64,000 nt of DNA from Octopus sinensis (lineage: Eukaryota): assembly GCF_006345805.1 (NCBI RefSeq), contig NC_043009.1, forward strand, positions 59,148,001-59,212,000, given 5' to 3'. Below are positions 52,837 through 63,929 of the stretch, in pieces (the stretch's first letter is position 1; every line of letters begins with the position of its first letter). A program made the translations under genes and the position numbers. A model generated the notes under the pieces. It was not told where the DNA came from and did no database searches. It saw only the letters and a list, made by a program, of their open reading frames with translations.

Positions 52837-53709
52837 GCAAAAAGACCGTATTTTGCCCGGCGTGCTTAGTTCAGCCAGTTTGCCGCCTTAACACTATCAA
52901 ATATTGGTTTCAATTTTTTGCACAAGGCCAGCAGTTTCGGGGAAGGTTGCTTAGTCGATCACATTGATCCCAGTGTGTGTGGTGTGTGTGTGTGTGCGTG
53001 TGGAGGGTCTCTTATACTTGACAGGGCTGAGCAGAATGTTCAGTGTTTTTATGCTGCTGGTGTAGTTCCTTGATGTGTAGCGTAGAGTCTGTGTTTGGAG
53101 GTGGGTTTTCGTGTAGTCATAATGTCTGTGGGAGGTGAAACAGGCTGTGGTAACGTACTAAGTCCTTGCCCATCATATGCCTATGTAGTCAAGTGGAGCT
53201 GTTTGCTTAATTATTTTTTATATACTTTCTTTTCGTTGCATAGGTGGACTGTGGATATTTTTGTTTATGTACTGCATTTGATGATTTAAAAGCTGTTTTG
53301 TGTTCTTAGTAATTTGCGATTTTGTACAGGATTCAATACCTTTATAATCCGTGATGAGCTCACGTATTGTTTGTACATCATTATTGGTTGTAGTTGTTGT
53401 TTCTGTCATGAGGAGAATGCAAACGTAGTACCTAAGATTACTCTAAGTATCCTTGTACATTATCCGATTTTCTTTAATAAGTGGAATGCTATTGTTGAAA
53501 CAGGTTGTACGTAATTCTCAGTACATTCTTCCATGTCTGTGGGTTTTTTATGCTGTTGTATGCGTTGAATGGTTCTATTCGGTGTTTTCAAATGTTGGAG
53601 ACGATGGATTTGGTAGATGCTACTTTATGTCTGTTTTGTAGAACCAGGTTTCGTGATAACTTAATTTGCAGTGAACTAGCTGTGCAAATAATAATAATAA
53701 TAATAATAA

Positions 53710-54192
53710 GACTTCAGACAAAGAACATGCCTCCTCATTGATATGGCTGTCCTAATCGATATAAACGTATATGTCAAGACTTACCAAAAACTGAGCAAAT
53801 ATACAGATATTGAAATAGAAATCAGCAAAATGTGGGACCTGAAGACTAAAACAATACCTGTTGTCATAGGTTCCCTGGGAATGACAGCAAAAGGGGCTGA
53901 TTGCTACCTAGCTCAGATACCAGGAAACCCCAAAATGGCAAAAGTTCAAAAGATAGTACTTATGGGAACTGCTCATATCCTACGCAAAATACTTTCTATG
54001 TAATCTCAAGTTTTATAACAAACTTAATTTTCTTATGTTTTCTTGAACATTCTCTAGAACAATACTATGTACAAAACCAAATATATGGCACCGTAGACAT
54101 AACACCAACATGAACTTCCAAATTGTCTCTTGAGGTCTCTGAGTGATACTTGGAGCCAACTTGTACAAATGTAAAGCAAAAGTCAAACATAA
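53710..54192 (+). mobile_element. R4/Dong-like non-LTR retrotransposon 3' end, subfamily 3
   Basis: DFRQRTCLLIDMAVLIDINVYVKTYQKLSKYTDIEIEISKMWDLKTKTIPVVIGSLG...TAHILRKILSM* (53710-54003); (TAA)n on both sides. Confidence 0.85.
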
Positions 54193-54524
54193 AATAATAA
54201 TAATAATAAAAATGTGTCTGCAGACTGTGGTATGATATCGTCTGTGCATATCTACTATTTTGTGAACGTATAGCTAGATCATGTAGATTAATAAATAGGA
54301 GTGAGAGAATGGATCCTGATAGTACATCATTCAGGATATTACAGGTTGCAGTTCTGCCGGCTTCACAAACACACTCACTTTGAGCATGTTTGTGATTGAG
54401 CGAATAGTGTGGATTGGATTGTTTTATTAATACTTATGTGGCAGCTTCTGGTGTTGAAGGTGCTATGTATTTTCTGTAACTGGTTCTGGAAATGGCATAG
54501 TTGATAAGTCTAATGTTCTGAATC

Positions 54525-54705
54525 CATTTCTATATTTAAGGGATGAGGAATTATGTATATTATTTACATTATTTATATTTGACGGATATTTGTCCTCATC
54601 TTGTTTGTTGTTAACACAGTGTTTCGGCTGATATACCCTCCCGCCTTCATCAGGTGCCTTGGAGAAATTTCAAACTTGGGTTCTCATTCCTATGGTATTT
54701 TTCGA

Positions 54706-54743
<38 letters not shown>

Positions 54744-54850
54744 TCACTGCTTGGAATCGAACTTGGAATCTTAGGCTTAGTAGCCCGCGCTCTTAACCAC
54801 TACGCCATATGAAGACAAATATCCGTCAAATGTAAATACTGTAAATAATG
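54525..54850 (-). mobile_element. tRNA-headed SINE-like element containing a hammerhead motif; inverted copy of its tail abuts the 5' end
   Basis: Minus: A/B-box head (54810-54740), (TAA)n, GGCAC-CTGATGA-A-GGCGG..CAGCC-GAAA-CACT-GTGTT (54658-54613), tail. 54809-54849 is the reverse complement of 54559-54599 (38/41). Confidence 0.85.
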
Positions 54851-55183
54851 TCCTGAATCCATGTCATGGTTGAGAGAGGCGTGATTTGAGGCTACACTGA
54901 GGAGGATAATATGTGAGTATGGTGTTACTCTTCCTAAAAGTGTTTATTAAACTTCAGAACTGTTGCAACGTTTCTATCTTCCATATTCTTGGAATTTGAC
55001 ATTCATGTTGTTTTTCTTTAGCCATCCGATCATTCCTCATTGACGAGAACAATGATGAATGGCGTTCAAACATTAACCATCTAATCGTTTTTAAAGTATA
55101 ATGAACGGACCACATTGTCCCGAAGAAATATATCCCCGATTTTTATGACAATGGGAGTTGAAGGAAAAATGGTTGCTACTTCT

Positions 55184-55600
55184 TATTTCTTTATTGCCCA
55201 CAAGGGGCTAAACATAGAGGAGACAAACAAGGACAGACAAAGGGATTAAGTCGATCATATCGACCCCAGTGCGTAACTGGTATTTATTTAATCGACCGCG
55301 AAAGGATGAAAGGCAAAGTCGACCTCGGTGGAATTTAAACTCAGAACGTAACGGCAGACGAAATACCTATTTCTTTACTACTCACAAGGGGCTAAACACA
55401 GAGAGAACAAATAAGGGCAGGCAAACGGATTAAGTCGATTACATCGACCCCAGTGCATAACTGGTACTTAATTTATCGACCCCGAAAGGATGAAAGGCAA
55501 AGTCGACCCCGGCAGAATTTGAACTCAGAATGTAACGGCAGACGAAATACCGCGAAGCATTTCGCCCGGCGTGCTAACGATTCTACCAGCTCGACGCCTT
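55184..55600 (-). mobile_element. SINE A dimer (one head, two bodies) inserted as a unit
   Basis: TSD AAAATGGTTGCTA(C/T)TTCT at 55166-55183 and 55601-55618; internal junction GACGAAATACC|TATTTCTTT at about 55368. Confidence 0.9.
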
Positions 55601-55962
55601 AAAATGGTTGCTATTTCTAGCAATTCAAATGACTCTTTAGAAACTCCTCGTATACGCTCGCATGTGACAGTGTTAGAATGATTAGTTGTAAATATTGATG
55701 AGTTCAGTGATTCATTCACTGGACTCCTCACTAACTTATTATATTTGTGTTTACCATATTTTGTCTGGCATTGGAGTTCTGAGGTTTCAGGTTTCTCTAT
55801 TATTCGAGGGATTTCTGTAAAAGAAAATAAAGAAATCAAACTATAATAATTATTTTCCTCTCTTTTTTGTGTGGTTTTTGGAAGGTGATGTTTTTAAAGC
55901 GATGTCTGATAACAGTGTTTCACTTGTAGCACAATGTATGTTTAATATTTGATATTGTAAAG

Positions 55963-56390
55963 AGTGTGAACTGGCAGAATCGTTAGCATGCCGGGCAGAA
56001 TACTCGGAAGCATTTCACTTCTGAGTTCAAATCCCGCCGAGGTCGATTTGCCTTTTATCCTTTCGGAGGCCGATAAATTAAGTACCAGTCAAGCACTGGG
56101 ATCAAGGTAATCGACTTATCCCCCATCCTCGAAATTGCTGGCCTTGTGCAAAAATGTGAAACCAATATCTGATAGTGTTAAGGCGGCGAACTGGCAGAAC
56201 CGTTTGCTCGCCGGGCAAAATACGGTCTTTACGTTCTGAGTTCAAATTCCGCCGGGGTCGTCTTTGCCTTTCATCATTTTATTGGCGATGAAATAAGTAC
56301 CAGTTAAACACTGAAGGGTCGATGTAATCGACTTACACCCTCCCCTGAAACTGACGGCCTCGAGCCAACATTTGAAACTATCATTAGTGT
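55963..56390 (+). mobile_element. Two head-to-tail SINE A copies (~55963-56168 and ~56180-56390)
   Basis: Two heads (GAACTGGCAGAA) and two bodies, linker TGATAGTGTT. Confidence 0.8.
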
Positions 56391-57314
56391 TGTCATTGTG
56401 ATATGGGGTTAGGTGTGACCGGTGTTATTTTATTTGTTGTTACTCAACGTGCTATTATTATCCTTGCTGCTGCTGCTGCTACTGCTGCTGCTTCTGCTGC
56501 TGCTGTTAATTATCGTGTAAAAGGGTTTTACTATTAATTTTTATGGTTTTTGCTGGATACAAATGTTTTGCCAGCGTTCTAGCTTTACACGGTTTATTTA
56601 GTTTTATTTCAGTTGTGTGTGATTTTTGGTGTATTCTGTTTCAAGTTGCCTATGGATTTTATGAGGTTTGGCTATTTCTGGTGCGCAATTTCAATTATAT
56701 TTTTTAATGTTGCCTTGTGGGATATTGTAATTGTGTTCTTGTAGTCTGTAAAACTTGATTCTGTTTCCTGGTGGAAGTCGTTCATATCGGTTTTTTTTCT
56801 TTTTGTTTCTTTACCATTACTTTTTTTTCCTAATTCGTAAAAGCTCTTTTTTTTTTCTCTCTCTCTCTCTCTCTCTGTCTTTTCTTTCTTGATTTACATG
56901 GGAGTTCGTTGTGATAATAATTGCCAGGTTATCCGGCCGGCAAGTTCTTTGCTATTGGCAACTGATTGTAGTTGTTAGATGTGAGAAGGAGAATGGGATG
57001 ACTGGAGAAGAAAAGTTGTTTCTAGAGGGCTTGGTGAAGGGTGTGTGTGTATATGAATGCGTGGAATATCTAGAATAAAAGGTTTTTAGATTGGTAAAAT
57101 TCTTACAACGTCGGATAAAACTACTTTGCGGTATTTTTACATCTCCTTACGTCTAGAGTATAATTCTACCACAATCAATCTCTGTTTTCATGACTTCGAT
57201 GTCGATAACAAAATATCAGTTTAATACTGAAATCGATATAATGGACTATAATCTTCTCTAAAGCTTGTGGCCATATAACTGCTTTAGAGTAAAGCGAGTT
57301 TAGTTGAGATTGTA

Positions 57315-57530
57315 CGGCGGGGTGCTGAAAGGTTCCTGGCTTAAAGGATGTGGCGAAAGGTCGGGCTGCAGACCCACAATTTCGAATTGTTTTTCAGGGT
57401 TTAGAAAAACTGAAGGACCAAAACTATAAGTGCATGGATCTGAGAGGGGAATATGGTGACTAATATCAAATTAATTGACCCTCCTTTAGTTTCTTTTACT
57501 CAAAGCCAGGAACTTCCAAACGCCTCCTGG
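57315..57530 (+). mobile_element. Mariner-derived MITE-like deletion derivative (216 bp)
   Basis: TA on both sides; imperfect 28-bp TIRs (18/28, inner GTTCCTGGCTT exact); interior encodes FFQGLEKLKDQNYKCMDLRGEYGD*, a mariner C-terminus. Confidence 0.7.
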
Positions 57531-57569
57531 TAGTTATGTTTACATTATTTATATATATATATATATATA

Positions 57570-57613
<44 letters not shown>

Positions 57614-57647
57614 ATATATACATATATGTATATTATATATATACATA

Positions 57648-57895
57648 TTGGGTTGGTGCATAATTATTGCGGCTCTTTTACAGCAAACTTTATTCAACAA
57701 TATTTAAAGCAACAATATTTAAAGCATCTTTGAATGATGGTCCGACCGTCTGCCAAGCAAATGGGAAGCAGTAATTGAAGTAGATGGTGAATATGCTCCG
57801 GAATAATAACTTAAAGATGTTTTTGCATGTTGTTATTGTTTTACTTGATAAAAATTTGTTAATAATAAAGCCGCAATAATTATGCACCAACCCAA
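57648..57895 (+). mobile_element. Mariner-derived MITE-like deletion derivative (248 bp), Hsmar1-like TIR
   Basis: Perfect 27-bp TIRs TTGGGTTGGTGCATAATTATTGCGGCT; TA on the left; interior encodes DRLPSKWEAVIEVDGEYAPE*. Confidence 0.85.
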
Positions 57896-58177
57896 TGTAT
57901 TATATATATATATATATATTCGTGTATTTATATTATATGTATATGTATGTATATATTATATATATATATAATTGTACGTATGTATATATTATATACATAT
58001 GTATGTATGTGTTTGTGTGTATGCATGTATATAAAGCATAAACATACATATACACACACAAACTCATATATACATATAAGCATTTATAGTATGAGGTAAA
58101 AAAAAGGTAGATAGATAGAAAGGCACATGCGTACATATACTTACTGTATACATATATATATATATATATATATAATA

Positions 58178-58471
58178 CGTCACCCTTTTCAAGCCTAGCC
58201 AGGCTCATGGGCCCGGTTTCTGTGGCGTATGTGCTCCCCCCAGCTGGACGCCAGTCCATCGCAGCGTTACTCAAGAAACAGGAAGAGAGATTGAGAGAAG
58301 GTTGTGGCGAAAGAATACAACAGGGGTCGCCACTCCCACCCCTGTCGGAGCGTCGTGGAGCTTTTAGGTGTTTTTGCTCAATAAACACACACAACGTCCG
58401 GGCTGGGAATCGAAACCGCGATCCTCCGACCACGAGTCCGCTGCCCTAACCACTTGGCCATTGCACCTCCA
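58178..58471 (-). mobile_element. SINE family C copy
   Basis: Aligns end to end with 19808-20115. Confidence 0.9.
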
Positions 58472-58592
58472 CACATACACACACACACACACACACGCAC
58501 ACATATATATATTATATGCACATAAAACTTACAAATGCACGTACATACACCCTTATACATATTCTGATGATATACATGTGTGTGTGTGTGTA

Positions 58593-58639
<47 letters not shown>

Positions 58640-59589
58640 ACTTCACATTGTAGGTTTATGTTTTGAAATCTGCATTCCTGGCGTAGTGCTTCTCCTTAGT
58701 TTCCCAAAGTCATTTGTTATGGCTTTACACGTCATGCAACTTTTTTATGTGATGTCGTATATCCACCCCCACACTCAACCCCACCACCACCCACCCTCCT
58801 CCCGCTGGGAATATATATCTGCGTCGTCTGAAAGGAGTATAAATTGGGTATTGTGAATTGTTCTGTGTCCTAGTAGTAAGAGACGTTGCCTGAATTATTA
58901 TTACATGAATGGTGATAAAATCTTTTCTTTCAATAAATGTATATTTAATACCGTAGCTGCTTGTATTATAAAACACTCAATACTTTTTGTTTTTTATTTT
59001 TGGTCTCCTCTTCACAAAATTTATTTTTAAAATATATTTTTCTCCCCGGCTTTTGACAACTACAATACAGACAGTAAGCTAGCATTTCCTGTCTTTATTT
59101 CAGTTGTTGCTGTCACAGCGTTTCGCTTCCGGTAAATTCACGTCAAGTTCTGGATAGCTTGCAAATACTTTTTGATGAATTTGATGATTTTTATGCTGTT
59201 ACTGTATCTTGAAGACTTTCTAAGACACATTGAAATGCGCTTAGTGCCTGCCTTATGCGTTTTCGTAGCCATATTGTTTCCTGACGTTTTACGCACACGC
59301 TGTGAAAATTATTTATGAGAAATGTGTGTATATTTTTTCGACGTGCTTCTCCGGTTCTATCTTCTTTTGTGGCATATTATATTCAATATTCCTTTATCTT
59401 CGATATTATTTTAAAGACTGTAGGGTAGTTATGTAAGAAATATTTAGCTGCAAGTTTTTACAGGTTGAGCAGGCCTGTAGAGGCTTTCTCTCCGACTTAA
59501 AACATGCACGCAAACACACACACACACACACACACATACACGCTTGCATATTCCATCTCCATATTTTTATATTATTCACAAACGTGTGG

Positions 59590-60150
59590 CATTGAAACAT
59601 GTGTGTGTCTGTGTGTCCGTGTGTATTTGGGGACATTAATAAACGTGTGACTATGTGTGTGTGTGCGTACGTGTGTGTCGCTGTGTGTGTACGTGTGTGT
59701 CTGCGTGTGTGTCTGTGTGTGTATGCGTACCTGTGTGTCTGGGTGTGTATGTGTGTGTACGTGTGTGCCTGCGTGTGTATGTGTGTACGTGTGTGTTTGT
59801 GTGTATGTGTGTGTACGTGTGTGACTGTGTGTGTACTGTGTCCCTGTGTGTATGTGTGGGTACGTGTGTGTCTGTGTGTGTATGTGTGTACGTGTGTGTG
59901 TATGTCTGTGTGTGTCTGTGTGTGTCTGTGTGTGTATGTGTGTGTACGTGTGTGTCTGCGTGTGTATGTGTGTTTGTACGTCTGTGTGTGTATATGTGTG
60001 TGCATGAGTGTGTCTGTGTGTATGTGTATGTACGTGTGTGTCTGTTTGCATGTGTATGTGAGGGTTGTGTTCGTGTGTACGCGTGTGTGTACGTGAGTGT
60101 GGGCGCGCATATATGTGCGTGTGTGTGCGGGCGTATATATATATGTGTGT
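59590..60150. repeat. Degenerate (GT)n tract
   Basis: Visible directly. Confidence 0.95.
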
Positions 60151-60899
60151 GTGTGAATGTGTTGATTTCTTTCTACAATGGTTTCATCTGTAAATACGTA
60201 CGTTTGCTTGTGCGCGAGTAAATAAATATATGTGAATTTTGTCTCTACATATAATTATTAATATTCTTCTTGTTATATTTTCATTGTTGTCGCTTTTCTT
60301 ACTATTATGTATATTATTGCCTTGTTGTTGTCAGTGCCTCTATCGCTGCAGTTGTTGTTGTTGTTGTTGTTGCTGCAGATGTTGTTCTTGTTACTGTTGT
60401 ATTACCGTGAAAGACGTGTCTTGTGGCATCTCTTGTTTGACTTGTTATAATATTTGTTTTCTTTAACGCAAGTTACATTTTGTTATCTATTCATCTTAAC
60501 ATATACATACACACACAGGCGTGAATATATGTATATATATGTATATATATGTATATATGGCAAAGAAAACTGGGAGGGCGAGGAAGAATGGAGGAATGGT
60601 AAGAAGGAAGAAAGGAAGAAATCTTAATTTATATAAGGTTCTTTGTTGTTTCGTTTTGCCTTCACGGCACAAATTACGTTTCAACATGGCCGCCGTGGTG
60701 ATCGTGGTGCGAGTTGTATATTGTATAACGCTGTTAGCCGATTTCCTCCTACAGAGGGATGGCGAAAGAAATTACAATCCTCTCGCCTGCTGGGAACAAT
60801 TGTCCGCATTATCATTCAATGTTCTGAACATTAACAGCAAAACCAACATGAAGAATTATATAAATAATAACGATTTCTAACATCTAATAACAACTCAGG

Positions 60900-61075
60900 T
60901 CCGCACATTTTGTCGGGGATGGTACAGTCGATTAAACTGACCCCCAATACTGCACTGATATTCATGTTATTGACCCTGTAATGATTTAAGGAAAAGCCAA
61001 CAGCCGGCGGGATTCGAAAACAGAATAGAAAAGGTCGTAACTAAATATGGTCAGTTATTTTGTCGACGATTTACC
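60900..61075 (-). mobile_element. Decayed SINE A copy
   Basis: CAGTCGATTAAACTGACCCCCAATACTGCACTG...ATTGACCCTG...GGCGGGATTCGAAAACAGAA. Confidence 0.55.
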
Positions 61076-61323
61076 GTTTCTTTCAATCACATCACATTTA
61101 TTACCTGAATAATAATAGCTATGGAGTGAGAATTGAACAATAGAGAAGACAAAAAGAGAAAACGTTGATTATATGTCGACTTGTGCGATAATCATTGTAC
61201 AAATAGCAATAACACCACCACTACCACCACCACCACCACCGTATATAATGCATATTATATATATATATATATATATATATACACGCACAAACATAAACAC
61301 ACACACATACACACAACACACAC

Positions 61324-61354
<31 letters not shown>

Positions 61355-61366
61355 ATATATATATAT

Positions 61367-61498
61367 ATTTATTTTATAGAAGGAGCTTCTACAAGACTAG
61401 AACTGTTTCATTCAAATGAAATCTTCAGGAAGCTTCCTGAAGATTTCATTTGAATGAAACAGTTCTAGTCCTGTAGAAGCTCCTTCTATAAAATAAAT
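61367..61498. repeat. Spacer-less 132-bp palindrome with a single mismatch
   Basis: Centre AAG|CTT at 61432/61433; only 61394/61471 is mispaired. Confidence 0.95.
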
Positions 61499-61568
61499 TG
61501 ATTTACTCTGCTATGTATTGAGTACCTTATTTACGTGGTTAACCTCGACTCAACCCGGGACCCATTAC

Positions 61569-61609
<41 letters not shown>

Positions 61610-61628
61610 ATATATATATATATATATA

Positions 61629-61665
<37 letters not shown>

Positions 61666-61669
<4 letters not shown>

Positions 61670-61812
61670 TTCACGAAAAAGCAAAAGACGAAGACATATG
61701 GTGTAGAAAACAAACTGATGTGTTAGTATAACGCCCGGAAATTGAAATAGTCTTTAACGTTTCGAGCCTACGCTCTTCCATAGAAAGGAACACAGAAAGA
61801 AACAAGGAGAGA
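61666..61812 (-). mobile_element. Short repeat with a minimal hammerhead-like fold (61752-61787), core mutated
   Basis: Minus: CUUU | CUAUGGA-A | GAGC-GUAG-GCUC | GAA | ACGU | U | AAAG. The end motif AATTCACGAAAAA..GACGAAGACA recurs at 62253-62287. Confidence 0.6.
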
Positions 61813-61917
61813 ATATATATATATATATATATAATATATATATATTGATAAAAATGGTAAGATAACAAAACAATGAAAGAGAACTCGATATTATGTAAAT
61901 AGAGGAATTTATCTGTA

Positions 61918-62119
61918 AATATAATATGTGACAATTATTCGGTAGCCATGATAACACTCCGAGTTTCGGATGTTGGGGCGGAAACCCACGCCAGCATCTC
62001 TTCAGTTATCGGCCATCGAAAACAAATGGTATCTGAAGAGATGGCAGCGTGGTTTCCGCCCCGATATCCGAAACTCGGAGTTTTATCATGGCTACCGAAT
62101 AATTGTCACATATTATATT
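61918..62119. mobile_element. Head-to-head inverted repeat (88/87-bp arms, 27-bp spacer); each arm contains a type I hammerhead
   Basis: 61918-62005 is approximately the reverse complement of 62033-62119. CUGAAGA at 62033-62039 (+) and 62005-61999 (-); GAAACUCGGAGU stem III; stem I GAUAA/UUAUC on the minus copy. Confidence 0.85.
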
Positions 62120-62150
62120 CACACACATATATATATATATATATATAATA

Positions 62151-62181
<31 letters not shown>

Positions 62182-62190
62182 TATATATTA

Positions 62191-62252
<62 letters not shown>

Positions 62253-62358
62253 GGGAAAATTCACGAAAAAAACACAGACGAAGACAGTTTTTTTGTTGAT
62301 CAAAAGTTTTCTCCATTGTGTGTATACAAGTGGCCAACATGCTAGAAAAAGACGCCAA

Positions 62359-62421
<63 letters not shown>

Positions 62422-63929
62422 GCACACAGAGAGTGGAGGAAAGGGAGCACTAGATAGACAGACTTAAATTGGAGGGTATATATATATAGGTATAAATATA
62501 CATAAATCCATGCATGTACGTAAGCCTACCTACATACGTACACATCAACATCTCCACCACACTTAATAATGATAGCAGCGACTGTGAGCCAAGGAGGTAA
62601 CGTTTAGGTTAAACAATTGATCTGCTAGAAATAGATATCAAATCTTCCGTAAATCATATCCTGCCCTTTTAAAAATGGGACACTGAATATTGTTAGTTAT
62701 ACTGCCTGAAATAAAGAGGCAAATGACATGGCTGGAAGCTTCTGATCATAAATCTGGTCACTTGGTGTTCGCTTGAAACTATTAATCAGAACGTGGCACA
62801 AATATTTTTTTTTAAATAGGTGAAATGAAAAATCCGCTGCGGAAACATATTACGTTTCCAGTGAGCCGTAATGTGCACAGGCTTGTCTAAAACTGAATAA
62901 ATTGACTAATGAAATAGAGAGACATAGCTGCATGTCAGTAAAGAACGAGGGATATTAATCTCAACAGAGTTATGTGAAGGAATAGGAGAAAAACTTAACG
63001 TTCACATGTATGCCTCACATGTTAAATCCTGAAAAAAGAACGTGGAGAAAAGAATTTGAGGATTTAATTAAAATCATTTTCATGTTGATTTTGTTCACGT
63101 CTAACTGCTTTGTCAGCCGGAACGGAGCAGATCTATGATCAAAGGAATTAAAGGATCAAAGGAATTAAAGGATCAAAGGAATTAATGGATCAAAGGAATC
63201 AAACTGCGTCTGTACAATCCTTATTCACGTATTGCTTACCTGAGACTGCGATATGTAGTGTATTCATTTGTTGAAGACAGTTAAGAGTGATTTCAGGAAA
63301 ATGTAGCTGTTATTTCTGGCAGGCCATAGAATTATGTAAACGTTCTGTCATTAGATCGTTCTTAAAGAGATTCATCCTCACGTAAACCAAATGAGGTGAA
63401 TACTCGCTTTTGATATTATTTTTCTCCTTTAAGCAAACAAACGGACATTACTACAGCTGTTTGCATTTTTGACGTGCAGACGTTAATGGATGAGTATAGC
63501 GACAGAATAATTGCGATGTTCCGATCAATGTTTGGAAGAACTAACACGCAACTAGACTTAACATCATCACCTGGTCTTTGGGTGTCTTTTAGTTGAGTTT
63601 GACACTGTTTTGAATACATAGACCATCGCCCAGAATAATTGTGATTTTTCAAAACAATGTTTGGTAGTCTAACACGCAAACAGATTTCGCATCATCACCT
63701 AGCCTTTGGATGTATCTTAGTTGAGTTTGAAAACTTTTTTTAAGTATGCAGACCATCGCCCCCAACCACTTTTCCCCTTCTCAAAATTCTTTTGAACAAA
63801 ACTTTGAGCTGAACATCATCTTCATTAATTTCATCAATCTGAGAAGTCTAGCAACAGTCATGAACTGTGCTTTTTCTCTTTTCCTATTTCTTCTTACGAA
63901 TACATTTTTAAAAAATACGGAATACTCTT

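Noticed and set aside
60521-60880. 119-aa ORF with an internal ATG in AACATGGCCGCC (YY1/Kozak-like context)
   Set aside because: The N-terminal part comes from simple repeats; no recognisable domain and no convincing splice donor.
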